This document shows positions 43,724 through 53,591 of a DNA stretch of 64,000 bases, piece by piece. The stretch comes from an uncultured Thermococci archaeon. Its GTDB lineage: Archaea > CAYQAE01 > CAYVLA01. The stretch lies in contig CAZJVP010000011.1 in the NCBI GenBank assembly GCA_964549615.1, positions 1 to 64,000 of the forward strand, read 5' to 3'. The notes under the pieces are model-generated. The model was not told the origin of the DNA. It was given only the letters and a program-made list of their open reading frames with translations, and did not search any database. The translations under genes were made by a program, and so were the position numbers. The first letter of the stretch is position 1. The number at the start of each line of letters is the position of its first letter.

Positions 43724-44971
43724 TTAGGTTACTCTCTCGCTAGTGCCCAAGCGGGTCGCCCCTGCTTTGCCATACAATTCCCGCCTGACCATCAGTATCC
43801 AGATCAGGGCCCCGGACAGAACCGAGACGCCGGCCACGGCCATCCATTCCACTGTGTACACCCAGGCCAGCGCCTCATCCTTGAGCCGGATTGACTTGTC
43901 CGTCAGCCTGTTCAATTCCTCCATCAACTCATTCATCAGGGCGTAGGCCTCGTCGAATCGTCCTTCTAGGTACATGGAGTCCGCCGTGGACTTGCGGTCC
44001 TCCAACTCGGCCAGCTCCACGCTCAAGCCTCGGGTGTTTGCCCCGAACATCTCGGCGAATTCGAAAACCGAGATGACTAGGGATCTGTCACGACGGAATG
44101 CCCACAGCATGTCTCTCAGCACATGGACCTTGATGGGGTCCTCGGGAAGCTCCCGGTGAGATCCGTGCCAGATGATGTTAAGTACGACATCGACCGAGAA
44201 CGGGTTCACATTCACATCCAAGAACGGATCGCTTCTTGTGAACCCCATGAATGTGAAGGTGGTTGCAGCCTCATATTCCCACTCGAAGATGTGGGCCACA
44301 TCCCCGGGCAACGGATAGGCATACTCGAGGCGGTCGGTCTTGATCCAGCTGAGTATCTTGCTACCTGGCTTCGGAATGGTGAGAAGCCCGCTGTAGGTCT
44401 GGATCGCCGTCTCGATCTCCTTCTTGAAAGGCCTCACCACGGGGGGGATAGTAGGATCATCGTTCACCACGAGCCTCCCCTGCAACCCAGACGCGTATCC
44501 CGGGTCCCTGATCGCCGCCATCGCATCGTTGGGAAAGGCCTCCGAAAGCGTGCTGGTGGCCCAGCGCTCGGCCAAGTGTAGGTGCACGCTGATGGAACTC
44601 CGGGTGTTTGCCGCCCCCAGCCCGTGAACCGTAATGGCTTCGTACATCCACTGAACCTGCTGTGGCAAAAAGAACGCCATGTCCACCCCCTGGTAAAGCA
44701 TGAAATCATACGAGACTAGATCCTCGAACTTCCTCGGGAAGTAGATCCGCATCATCCTCTCGATGAACCCCACCTCGATTCCACCGGTTGTGGGCTCTCT
44801 GAGGGGGACGATCGTCCCTCGGATGGCAGGATCGGCCAGCATCCATCCACCTACGACCTCGGTGAACTCAGGGTTCACCATGGCGAGAAGACCAATTGTT
44901 GAAGCAGTAGCCGGAAGGCAGGTTGGCAGGAGGAGACAGGTCGCCAGGAGGGCGTCCAGCACCCTCGGCAT
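43724..44971 (-). CDS. Surface-protein paralogue 4
   Basis: Signal peptide MPRVLDALLATCLLL; RIYFPRK, FAEMFGANT, LAWVYTVEW, WILMVRRELY. Confidence 0.88.
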   Translation of the reverse strand: MPRVLDALLATCLLLPTCLPATASTIGLLAMVNPEFTEVVGGWMLADPAIRGTIVPLREPTTGGIEVGFIERMMRIYFPRKFEDLVSYDFMLYQGVDMAFFLPQQVQWMYEAITVHGLGAANTRSSISVHLHLAERWATSTLSEAFPNDAMAAIRDPGYASGLQGRLVVNDDPTIPPVVRPFKKEIETAIQTYSGLLTIPKPGSKILSWIKTDRLEYAYPLPGDVAHIFEWEYEAATTFTFMGFTRSDPFLDVNVNPFSVDVVLNIIWHGSHRELPEDPIKVHVLRDMLWAFRRDRSLVISVFEFAEMFGANTRGLSVELAELEDRKSTADSMYLEGRFDEAYALMNELMEELNRLTDKSIRLKDEALAWVYTVEWMAVAGVSVLSGALIWILMVRRELYGKAGATRLGTSERVT

Positions 44972-45019
44972 GCGGTGGCCTCTAGGCCAAGTCCCGTCGT
45001 GATCCTGGCTTACCTGACC

Positions 45020-45291
45020 TAGTCGCATTCCCCTGAAGCCGTTTCCTTCGAGTAGCTTGATGACATCCCGAGGGCGCATGGGCCGGATACTGGGCAAGGG
45101 TTTTCACTCTCCGTATCCCAAGGACTCCGTTTCGCAGATGTTTCCTCAATTCCCTCTTCACTCATGGTCTCCAAGTATATGGCTCTAGGCTTCTTTCGCG
45201 TTGTCCATAAGCACTTGCAGCGTATCTCCCTGCGTGTGACATCCAAGGAAGGCTGGAGCGAGTGACACGTAGCCTCCACTGTCATCTCCAA
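45020..45291 (-). pseudogene. Decayed HicB-HicA toxin-antitoxin remnant
   Basis: MPSIRPMRPRDVIKLLEGNGF resembles a HicA N-terminus and is truncated; upstream AIYLETMSEEGIEE resembles HicB. Confidence 0.45.
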
Positions 45292-45506
45292 GAATTACCA
45301 TGTCGAGCTCAAGCATGTGGTCCTGCGTCCTTCTCGATCACAACCGTCATCCTATGGACAGGCATGGACGTGCCCCAGGTTCCCTTGGCGACGTGCGTTG
45401 TGTGTCTGTGCCTTATTATGGGTTTTCCTGTATCCTGCATCCCGTATGCCCGTATGTACGAATACCACAAGGCCGTTGGCGATTCGCTTAGAATGCCGGC
45501 AATAGG

Positions 45507-45851
45507 ATGTTCGACGTCGTCGTGGAAGCGGTCGGGGATCAGGAGACGGTCAACCTCGCGCCAATGCTGGCGCGCGAGAAGGGCATGGTCCTGTTTTTCG
45601 GCATCCCCGATTTCGGGACGACCCTGGCGCCGCGATCATTCTTCGGGAAGCAGCTCCACTTGACCACCAGCGAATATCCTGAGCGTCCCGACTTTCTCCG
45701 GGCCCTCCGAATGATGAGCAATGGCGATATCGACATGGAGAGGATGATAACCCACCGCCTTTCTTTCTCCGAGGTGCAGAGGGGATATGAGCTTGCCGAC
45801 ACCCGAGCTGGCGGAGTCCTTAGGGTTGTTCTGAACATGGAGGACTTCTAG
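45507..45851 (+). pseudogene. C-terminal fragment of a zinc-dependent (MDR) dehydrogenase
   Basis: FDVVVEAVG, GMVLFFG, MITHRLSFSEVQRGYE...RVVL; N-terminal two thirds missing. Confidence 0.75.
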
Positions 45852-46143
45852 TCCGAGCGATAAGCCGCTCCTCGGCCCTGCCGATGGCAATGTGAACCCG
45901 TGCGTTGCCCTTCCGCTCCCCCTTCCCCAGCCTCTCCTCCTGACTCACAGCTGGCTAGATACGTACCTTGTCGATTTTGGGGAGCCACAACCCTAGAGTA
46001 GGGATGAACTTCTTACGCAAGGCCTAGCGGATGCTGCTCTTTCCGTGAGCTGTCTTAGGGACCAAGGTTGCAGTGCATCTGAGTGCGAATCGTTCTCCTG
46101 CATGATGCGATCAACTGATCTCCAGCCGATTCGATCAGAGGCT

Positions 46144-47403
46144 TCACCGGGGCGCAAGCCTCGTGTATCGGACCTGCCTGTAGAGCCTTCGTCGGACCAT
46201 TAGTGACCAGAGCAACAGCCCACACACGAGCGCCGTTCCGGTAACGGCCAACCAGTCGATCACGTAGACCCAGACGAGAGCCCTGTGCTTGAGCCTCATC
46301 GCCTCGCCCTCGAGGTTCTCCATCATCTGGCCCGCGGTCCGGTAGCTCTCAAGCGCATCCTCGAAGCGCAGGTTGAGGTACTGGGGAAGAGCACCGGCAA
46401 CCACCCGGTCGATCTCGGTCAGCCTGTCCACGATCCTTTGGGTGTTTGCCCCGAACGACTCGCAGAACTCCAGCAAGGCTAGGAGCATGGACCGCCTTGT
46501 CGCGACCTCAAATATCTTCGACCTCGTGGCCTCCACCAGCGCCAAATCCTGGGGTACAGTCCTATCATCAAGGTAGATGAGGAGGTTGGCGCAGAAGTCA
46601 TAGACATACTTCCATCTCACGGAATAGAGGTACCATCCGCCCTCGCTGGCAATCGAGAACGTCCTCGGCCCGCCCTCAAGCCTCCATGTTACCATCAGGG
46701 GAGCATCGCATCCGGGCGAGACGACCCGTGCAAGCTCCTCGGCCCCGGGCCTAACGGTCAGGTAGTTGTGGTCCCATGGACCACCGCGCAGGGCAGGGTC
46801 ATCTGGGTCCCAGGGGATGCTTCTCATGAGCTCGTGTTCGGGCTTCAGTACGACTATTCGATGCTGTGGGGAGTCGTGCCAACCGCCGGGGACGTCCTCG
46901 GTCGGAAGCAGCGGCCCGATCGGTGTCTCACCCCACGCGGGATAGCCAGCGTAGCCGCCGAACGACTGCCAACCGCCGGTCATGACCATGCCCAGCCCGC
47001 CTTCGGAGACGGCGCGGGCCAGCTTGTCTATGTGCTGCCCGACCGCATGGACGTTGGCCTCGAAGAAGACGATCACATCGTAGTTCGAAACCACGTCTTG
47101 GAGGGTCCTGGGCATGTAAAGCCTGACGAGCCTGTTCAGGTCCTCAATTGTCGGGGCGGGCATCGGTCCGAAGAGCATGAAGTCCCGGATCGTGGCCTGG
47201 ACGAAGGTGGGCCGGAAGAGGGGATCGGACCTCATCAACCAGTACGGCATGGACCGCGCGACGCACCCCACGTAGAGCACGCCGATCCTGCCATCCTCTA
47301 GGCACCATGTCGCCGGAATAGCCACGAGGAGCAGGCAGAGCAGGAGGCCACCGGAGACCTGCGCCTTGCTGTAGGCACGGGCAGATTTCAATGGTTTCGT
47401 CAT
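46144..47403 (-). CDS. Surface-protein paralogue 5
   Basis: GGLGMVMTGGWQSFGG..W..TPIGPLLP (DUF1355-like), FCESFGANT, LVWVYVIDW, WSLMVRRRLY. Confidence 0.9.
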   Translation of the reverse strand: MTKPLKSARAYSKAQVSGGLLLCLLLVAIPATWCLEDGRIGVLYVGCVARSMPYWLMRSDPLFRPTFVQATIRDFMLFGPMPAPTIEDLNRLVRLYMPRTLQDVVSNYDVIVFFEANVHAVGQHIDKLARAVSEGGLGMVMTGGWQSFGGYAGYPAWGETPIGPLLPTEDVPGGWHDSPQHRIVVLKPEHELMRSIPWDPDDPALRGGPWDHNYLTVRPGAEELARVVSPGCDAPLMVTWRLEGGPRTFSIASEGGWYLYSVRWKYVYDFCANLLIYLDDRTVPQDLALVEATRSKIFEVATRRSMLLALLEFCESFGANTQRIVDRLTEIDRVVAGALPQYLNLRFEDALESYRTAGQMMENLEGEAMRLKHRALVWVYVIDWLAVTGTALVCGLLLWSLMVRRRLYRQVRYTRLAPR

Positions 47404-47783
47404 GCCTAGAGATTTAGTTCGTACCATACTTAAGGTTGACGATGGCCAATCGGTTCTCGGCACTGGTGGGGCACAGTGCCCGTCTCGTCAAATGCTGGAG
47501 CTGGTGATCAAGGTCTCCGAGGGAAGAAATGTGTCTCTGGTCTCTTTGAGTCTTTCTCCCAAGGCCCTCTCCAGCTTGCGCTGCGTCTTGGCGCATAAGG
47601 GATGGGCGGGGAAATTGTCCATCTCGGCTACTGAGCGTTACTTGGACCGCGACGAAGCGGCCTTTGAACACTAGGGATCCGCGTCGGTTCGCCTTGCCCG
47701 CGAGTGATCGCGTCTTCAGGCCCGCAAGGGGACGGTGCTTTACCAGGTAAAGTTAATAGCAGCTCGCGGCACAGCAGGGGTGG

Positions 47784-48429
47784 ATGGACGACAAGAAAAG
47801 GGCCCCAATGAAACTGGTCTCCTTGACGCCGCAGGAAAGCATCCTGCTGACTCTGGAGCACGGTATGCACACCTACACTGAGCTTAGGCGGGAGACCGGA
47901 CTCAGCGATAGGTGGCTTACGGCCAAGCTGCGGCAGATGCAGCGCGCGGGCTTTCTAGACAAGAGAGGGGCCTACTACGGGCTGAAGGGCGGGCCCAATC
48001 CCTCGGCCTACGAGCAGAGCCTTTTCATGGCAGGCCAGGCGGGTTGCGGACGAGCTGGCCAGGTTCCCCGCCGTCCTCAGCGTGGTGCTTTTTGGGAGCG
48101 TGGCCAGAAATGAGGCCGAGGAGTACAGTGATCTGGATCTGATCATCGTAATCAGCGACGGGGAGGCGAGGGAGGCTATCCTGGCCGATGTCGCAAGGTT
48201 GGAGATCTTGTACCATATGGCGATCGAGCCTGTGATCCTTTCGGGGGCGGATCTCTTGGATAACCTCCGCTCGTCGGGGGCGGGCATTGCGTACGGGTTG
48301 GCGGAAGGGTTCCAGGTCCTCGTGGACAAGACCGGTGGGCTTGGCAGAGTCCTCCTGGAAAGGACCCGCGAGATCAGGCGAAGCCATGTCTTCTTGGAGG
48401 AGGAGAGGCTGTGGGTGAGGGCAGAGTAG
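47784..48429 (+). pseudogene. wHTH-minimal nucleotidyltransferase (MNT antitoxin), frameshifted near 48020-48040
   Basis: HTH (YTELRRETGLSDRWL) in one frame; RVADELARFPAVLSVVLFGSVAR...SDLDL continues in another. Confidence 0.7.
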
Positions 48430-48847
48430 ATGTGTTGCTTGAGGTTGCCGAGGCCAACCTGCTTAGGGCCGAGAAACGCCTGCGTGACGGGGAGTACGAT
48501 GCTGCGGTGTTCCACGCATCGATGGCTGCCGAGAGCGCGGCACACGCCATGATCCTGCAACTTGGGGGAACGGAGGCGAAGAACCACAAGGCGATAAGCG
48601 CGCTCGCCGTGGTGATGAGACGGGCTAGGCCGGAACTTCTCAAAGAGGAGAGGTACAGACAGCTCATCGCGAGAGGTAGGAAGATCGAGAGGGAGGTGGT
48701 ATTCTCCCGCTACCCCCTCAAGATCGCGGGCCAGTGGATCTCGCCCATGAAGTACTTCACGCTGGAGAAGGCGGGGGGTTCGGTTGAGATGCCAGGTTCG
48801 TCGTGAGCGTGATAAGGGCTCATCTGGGTAAGTCGCAGACTGGCTAG
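48411..48847 (+). pseudogene. HEPN domain protein, probable 1-nt deletion near 48788
   Basis: GEYDAAVFHASMAAE, NH, SRYP; expected terminal helix DARFVVSVIRAHL lies in a shifted frame. Confidence 0.7.
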
Positions 48848-49058
48848 CGGACGAGCATAGGCCCGGATGCGCATCCGTTCCTGGCATGCATTGCGCGGTC
48901 ATCATTCTATGGGCTCCGTCGTCGGCTCTGGCCTCATCCGCTCTTGATGTGAGAAAGGGCTCTCCACGGGCCCGGCCAATGTGCTGTGTTTGAGGTTCCG
49001 GACGGAGATGACCAAGCCGGCCCTTCGCTCCGACGGATCACCGTCCCTTACCAGCAAT

Positions 49059-49263
49059 GTGGCCATCAAGCGCCTCCGTAAGGACATCGTCGGGCTTCGG
49101 AGAGAAGTGGAGTTGATCAGACACATGCTGGAAGAGGACTACGATGTGGAGGAGAAAACAAGGAGAACACCGGAGCAAGAGAGGACGCCTGAGTCGGAGC
49201 ACGTGGATCTCGATGAGCCATAGGGTGAGACTGCACCCCAACGCCGTCAAGTCGATCCTTTCC
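49059..49263 (+). pseudogene. RelB-like antitoxin and truncated RelE-like toxin remnant
   Basis: Coiled-coil/acidic small ORF ending HVDLDEP overlaps MSHRVRLHPNAVKSIL (archaeal RelE-type N-terminus), cut off by the opposite-strand sulfatase remnant. Confidence 0.45.
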
Positions 49264-49740
49264 ACCACCCAGTGTCTGCTTGCGCCAGAAACCGTGCGGC
49301 CCCAGCATGTCACCGTGGTCTGAGGTGAAGACAAGTATGGTGTCCCTTTCGAGGCCGTTCTGCTTGAGTGCCTGATCAAGCATGCCGATGCAGCCGACCA
49401 TAGCGGTGCAGCCGACCATAGCGGTTATGTGGGCGTAGTGGCCGGCGAGACGCCGCTTAGCAAGATCCTCGCAATCGTCGGGAACGTTGGGCCTCAGGAC
49501 GAGGGAATCGGGCCTGTATGTAGGCGGTATCAGAGCCGGCTCCGGCAAAGGCATAAGCGATGGAGACTGCGTCGTGGTTGAGGTGAAGGTCGTTCATGAA
49601 GACCCCCTGTGTCAGGGGTACCTGCTGGTAACCATGCAGGCCCTAGCCGGCTGTAGACCGGGCAACCTATGGCCGCGTTCGTGAAGGAGATGTTTCAGCT
49701 GGCCAGCGCATCGAGGTTGGGCGTCTTGACGTTCGGGTCA
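49262..49740 (-). pseudogene. Sulfatase pseudogene (deleted and frameshifted)
   Basis: PNVKTPNLDALA, LRPNVP, YAHITA, DTILVFTSDHGDMLG.HG..RKQ; active-site motif destroyed. Confidence 0.75.
49390..49425. repeat. Perfect 18-bp tandem duplication GCAGCCGACCATAGCGGT x2
   Basis: Directly visible; yields TAMVGCTAMVGC on the minus strand. Confidence 0.9.
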
Positions 49741-50101
49741 CCTGCCTAGCCAGCTCCCCGGAGCCTCCACTGGTCGACAAAACACGGACAGGACGTTGGG
49801 CATTTCGTTTCCCGTGATGCCAGTCCTCTTCATATCGACCGTTCCCGCCGGGTCGAGCCTTCTTGCCCCGGATGGTCCGGGTTGGGTTGCCCGCACTCTC
49901 TTAGGCGGACTAGCCGATGGCTTTCTTTGGGTCGGGTCAATAGATTTGGCTACGCCCGCCGGCAGGAAAGGACGAAATCCTCCCGTGTAGGGATGATGGG
50001 CAACGGCCACGGACTGACCAGAAAGTCTATAAGTTTTCCACGACCTATGATGGGCAGTCTCGAATGAGAGCCGCAAGCGCCTGGCGGGCGGAGGGCGTGC
50101 C

Positions 50102-51394
50102 ATGAGGGTGGGATGCCTGCGCAATGCTGAGTCGGGCAAGAGAAGTGCACATCAGAGGCACCGCGCCATCTGCGTCGCAACCGTTGCATCAGTCCTGCTC
50201 GTCCTCGCGGAGATCGGCCATGGCTTGGAGGACGGCCGAATAGGGGTGCTGTACGTCGGCTGCATAGCCCGATCGCGGCCCTTCTGGCTCATGAGGTCGG
50301 ATCCCCTGTTCCGCATGGGCTTCGTGCAGGCGACGCTTCGGGACTGGGCGGCCGTCGGCCCCATGCCTGCGATGAGCGAGGCCCAGGTTCACAGGATGGT
50401 GAGGATGCAGATGCCCCGCACGTATGACGATCTGGTGGAGCGGTACGACGTCGTGGCTCTTCACAACGCCAACGTTCTCGCCGTCTCGCCCCACATCCAG
50501 AAGATGGCCCGCGGGGTCTCAGAGGGGGGACTCGGTCTGCTGATGTCGGGCGGGTGGGAGTCCTTCGGGGGGACGGGGTCGTCGTATCCGCCCTGGGGCG
50601 GGACGGCCGTCGGCGAGCTTCTCCCAACGGAGGATGTGGTCGGCACCTGGGTTCCCTCTGGGCGCCTAGGGATCGACGAGCCGCGCCACGAGCTGATCAG
50701 CAGTCTCCCCTGGGATCTGACCGACCTTGACCTGACAAACGAGGTGAAGTGGGACCACAATCTCGTGACCCTTAAGCCGGGCGCCGAGCAGCTCGCGCAT
50801 GCAACGTACATGGGCCGGGACGATCCTCTCATGGTCGTCTGGACCTTGGACAACGGCGCCAGGGTCTTCGCCCTGACGAGCGAGATCCATCGCTTCTTCT
50901 GGCAGGGCGGGGAGTACCGCAACGTGTGGAGGTACGCTTACGACTACGGTTGTAACCTCATGATCTACCTGGACAACCGCCCCGTGCCGCAGGACGTCGG
51001 GCTCGTGCACGCCGCCAGGGCCAAGATGTTCGAGGTTGAGACCAGGAGATCGCTGCTCGTCGCGCTCCTGGAGTTCTGCGAGTCATTTGGAGCGAGCACC
51101 CGTAGCATCTCATCCAGCTTCGAGGAGATAGATTCGGTGATCGCCGAGGCCCTGCCGCAGTACCTTCAGCTCCAGTTCGAGGAGATGCTGGAGAGCTACC
51201 GCGTTGCGGGCGAGATGCTGGCCAGGGCGGAGGAGGAGGCGGTGAGGCTAAAGAACCGCACCCTGCTCTGGGTCTACGTGATAGAGTGGTTGACCGTGAC
51301 CGGCACGGCGATGGTCTGCGGCTTCCTGCTGTGGTCCCTGATGGTCCGCCGAAAGCTATACCGCGAGGTCCGGATCACGAGGTTCGCGATGTAG
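50102..51394 (+). CDS. Surface-protein paralogue 6 (closest to paralogue 5); start uncertain
   Basis: LEDGRIGVLYVGC, GGLGLLMSGGWESFGG, FCESFGAST, LLWVYVIEW, WSLMVRRKLYREV. Confidence 0.9.
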   Translation: MRVGCLRNAESGKRSAHQRHRAICVATVASVLLVLAEIGHGLEDGRIGVLYVGCIARSRPFWLMRSDPLFRMGFVQATLRDWAAVGPMPAMSEAQVHRMVRMQMPRTYDDLVERYDVVALHNANVLAVSPHIQKMARGVSEGGLGLLMSGGWESFGGTGSSYPPWGGTAVGELLPTEDVVGTWVPSGRLGIDEPRHELISSLPWDLTDLDLTNEVKWDHNLVTLKPGAEQLAHATYMGRDDPLMVVWTLDNGARVFALTSEIHRFFWQGGEYRNVWRYAYDYGCNLMIYLDNRPVPQDVGLVHAARAKMFEVETRRSLLVALLEFCESFGASTRSISSSFEEIDSVIAEALPQYLQLQFEEMLESYRVAGEMLARAEEEAVRLKNRTLLWVYVIEWLTVTGTAMVCGFLLWSLMVRRKLYREVRITRFAM

Positions 51395-51559
51395 GCTTCG
51401 GGTTCAAGCGAACCGTGGGCATATCTTTTCCCGCCTGACGGTTGGGGGCGGTCACGGAAAGCGCACCTGCTGGAGGCAGTGGAATTGGGGCAGGGGGATG
51501 AGATCCGTCCCGGTTGCGGGCTAGGTCTCCCTGGCTTCTTGCGGTCGAGGTCCAGCCAT

Positions 51560-52348
51560 TTACGGGAGCGAAGACGAGAGGCGGGGTTCGAGTTTCTGGG
51601 AGAAATCGTCCAGATTTCCCTCAAAGAAGATCAGCTCGCCGCGAACTCGAGCGCGCATGCCGGGCTCCATGGTGGGAAAGAAAGGGTCCGCGTGCATGCA
51701 GGGATGGTCGGGGTTATTGACGAGTGAGTAGGTGTCCTCAAACCACGTCATCGCCACAAGGCGGCTGCCATCCCGGGAGACCGTCGCGATCACCGGAAGA
51801 TCGGCCAGCGCGCGGCCGCCCCTCCAGCCCAGCCTGTACCTGCCCGCCTCCCGCTCTATCCTGCGCGCCTTCGGGAAGGGAACCCAGCCCATCTCCGGGA
51901 TGTGGACGAACTTGTTCTCGGCCGTGTAGTCGGAAAACTCCTTTATTGCCCGGAGGAAGACGCAGGTCTGCAGCTTGATGTCAGCCAACGTATTCTGGCT
52001 TCCGTTGAAGATGTACAGCTCAGTGCCCACGGCTTGGTCATTTTGCCTCACGAGCCTTCCCCCGAACGTTATGCCGTTGGGGAGTCTCCTCTCGAACGCG
52101 ATTCCATCCGAAAGCCGCTCCCACGGGACTTGCGGAAGGTCCGGGAAGAGGCAAGGAAACGCTGGATTCACGTGACTCAGGTACAGGAGCCCGAGGTTCG
52201 TGAAGATCGCCTCGGGGAAATCGAACCATAGATAGTCCTGGCTGGGCCATGGCGGGCTGATCCACGCGATCTGTTCGAACGGGTAGTGGGGGCGCCAACA
52301 GCCGGGCAGAATCCTTATGCCACTTATGCAGGTCTCGTAGGAGCTCAT
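51560..52348 (-). CDS. Hypothetical protein (aromatic-rich, probably beta-sandwich)
   Basis: 262-codon ORF; WRPHYP, DFPEAIF, HPCMHADP look like conserved motifs but the family was not identified. Confidence 0.7.
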   Translation of the reverse strand: MSSYETCISGIRILPGCWRPHYPFEQIAWISPPWPSQDYLWFDFPEAIFTNLGLLYLSHVNPAFPCLFPDLPQVPWERLSDGIAFERRLPNGITFGGRLVRQNDQAVGTELYIFNGSQNTLADIKLQTCVFLRAIKEFSDYTAENKFVHIPEMGWVPFPKARRIEREAGRYRLGWRGGRALADLPVIATVSRDGSRLVAMTWFEDTYSLVNNPDHPCMHADPFFPTMEPGMRARVRGELIFFEGNLDDFSQKLEPRLSSSLP

Positions 52349-52500
52349 GGAGAGCGCGAGTGGATCGGCGGCTCTTGAAGATTACCATCGTACACCGCCC
52401 CGGTCGCCGGACGTCTAACGTTTTCGGCATCTTCGGTGCTGCTACCTTGCCTGGACTATCCCTAGCGCGCTCAGATGCCAACCCTGGGCTTTCGCGCAAA

Positions 52501-53484
52501 CTAGATGCGCTTGGAGGGGGATTTGCGCACGAAGGTAAGCCAGTAGACCGCTATGGATCCAAGCGACCCGCCCACGATTGCGAATACGTTCCTGAGCAGG
52601 CAGGAAAGATTTGCCGCCCTCTCCCTGTCCTCGGCCGCCCTTCTCAACGAATCGATCGTCCGCGCCGTATGCTGGTAGAACTGCTCGGCCTTCGATACGC
52701 TATCCTGGAACTTCTGCTCGTTCGTCCAGACCCAGTACAGCGAGTTCGTGAAGAGTGTCCTGAATGCCGGTTCGTTGATGAAGAGGCCGAAGTAGCCTTG
52801 ACTCCTTTCGATGTCGTCCCCGCCGAAGGTTGCGAAGGTCACGGAGACGCCCTCGTCGCGGTACCTCACGAGAAGTGGCGCCCCGGTGCTCTGTTCCGTG
52901 AACAGCACCTTGTACTCGCCCGACTTGGGCCGTTTCTCCTCGAAGAGGCCCGATGAGAGGTTCCGGTGAAGGATGAACCTGTGATGGGCCGCACTGAAGC
53001 TCGAGATTCCCTCGGAGATCTCGTCCTCCTCGGCCTTGATGAAGCTGATGAAGGATTTCCTGGAGACGGGGTCGTAGGTGCCGGAACCATACGAGTTGCC
53101 GAATATGGGCAGGACGTCCTCCGAGGCGTTGCGGCTTGCCGACCACATGGTGGCGAAGCCCATTCCCACGATGCCACCCCCCTTGTTGAAGAACCACTCT
53201 AGGGTCGAGTTGAGATCTTGCCCGACGTCCCGCGCGAGGCTCACCACGATGGCTTTCACGTCCGGGAAGAACGCCGCGGCCCTGAACTCGTCCAACCGTT
53301 GACAGACCTGCACTCTCGCCTCGGCGAATCTGCCATCCTCCTCGATCACGGTTCGCAGGGCCTGGCCGTAAAGCGGTGCGGCGGGGCAGTAAATGAGTAT
53401 CACGGGCGCAACGGAGCTTTCGGCCCAGGCGACGAGGGATTGTGAGAGAACGAGCACCAACAGGAGGGCAATTCGCCTGGGCAT
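52501..53484 (-). CDS. Secreted ThuA/GATase-like domain protein with short stalk and C-terminal TM
   Basis: Signal peptide MPRRIALLLVLVL; WFFNKGGGIVGMG; FRTLFTNSLYWV; TM followed by RKSPSKR. Confidence 0.75.
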   Translation of the reverse strand: MPRRIALLLVLVLSQSLVAWAESSVAPVILIYCPAAPLYGQALRTVIEEDGRFAEARVQVCQRLDEFRAAAFFPDVKAIVVSLARDVGQDLNSTLEWFFNKGGGIVGMGFATMWSASRNASEDVLPIFGNSYGSGTYDPVSRKSFISFIKAEEDEISEGISSFSAAHHRFILHRNLSSGLFEEKRPKSGEYKVLFTEQSTGAPLLVRYRDEGVSVTFATFGGDDIERSQGYFGLFINEPAFRTLFTNSLYWVWTNEQKFQDSVSKAEQFYQHTARTIDSLRRAAEDRERAANLSCLLRNVFAIVGGSLGSIAVYWLTFVRKSPSKRI

Positions 53485-53591
53485 GCAGGCCCAGTCGTGC
53501 CTGGGTCCTGATAAGTCTTTCAACCCAACTCCGGCGGAGATCATCGGCCCCACCCGATTGCTCGAGGTGTAGAAGTAGTTATAAGAAAAGC

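Noticed and set aside
44972-45097. HicA-surface protein fusion suggested by ORF 43724-45097
   Set aside because: The HicA-like part is a truncated remnant that happens to be in frame; a proper signal peptide starts at 44971
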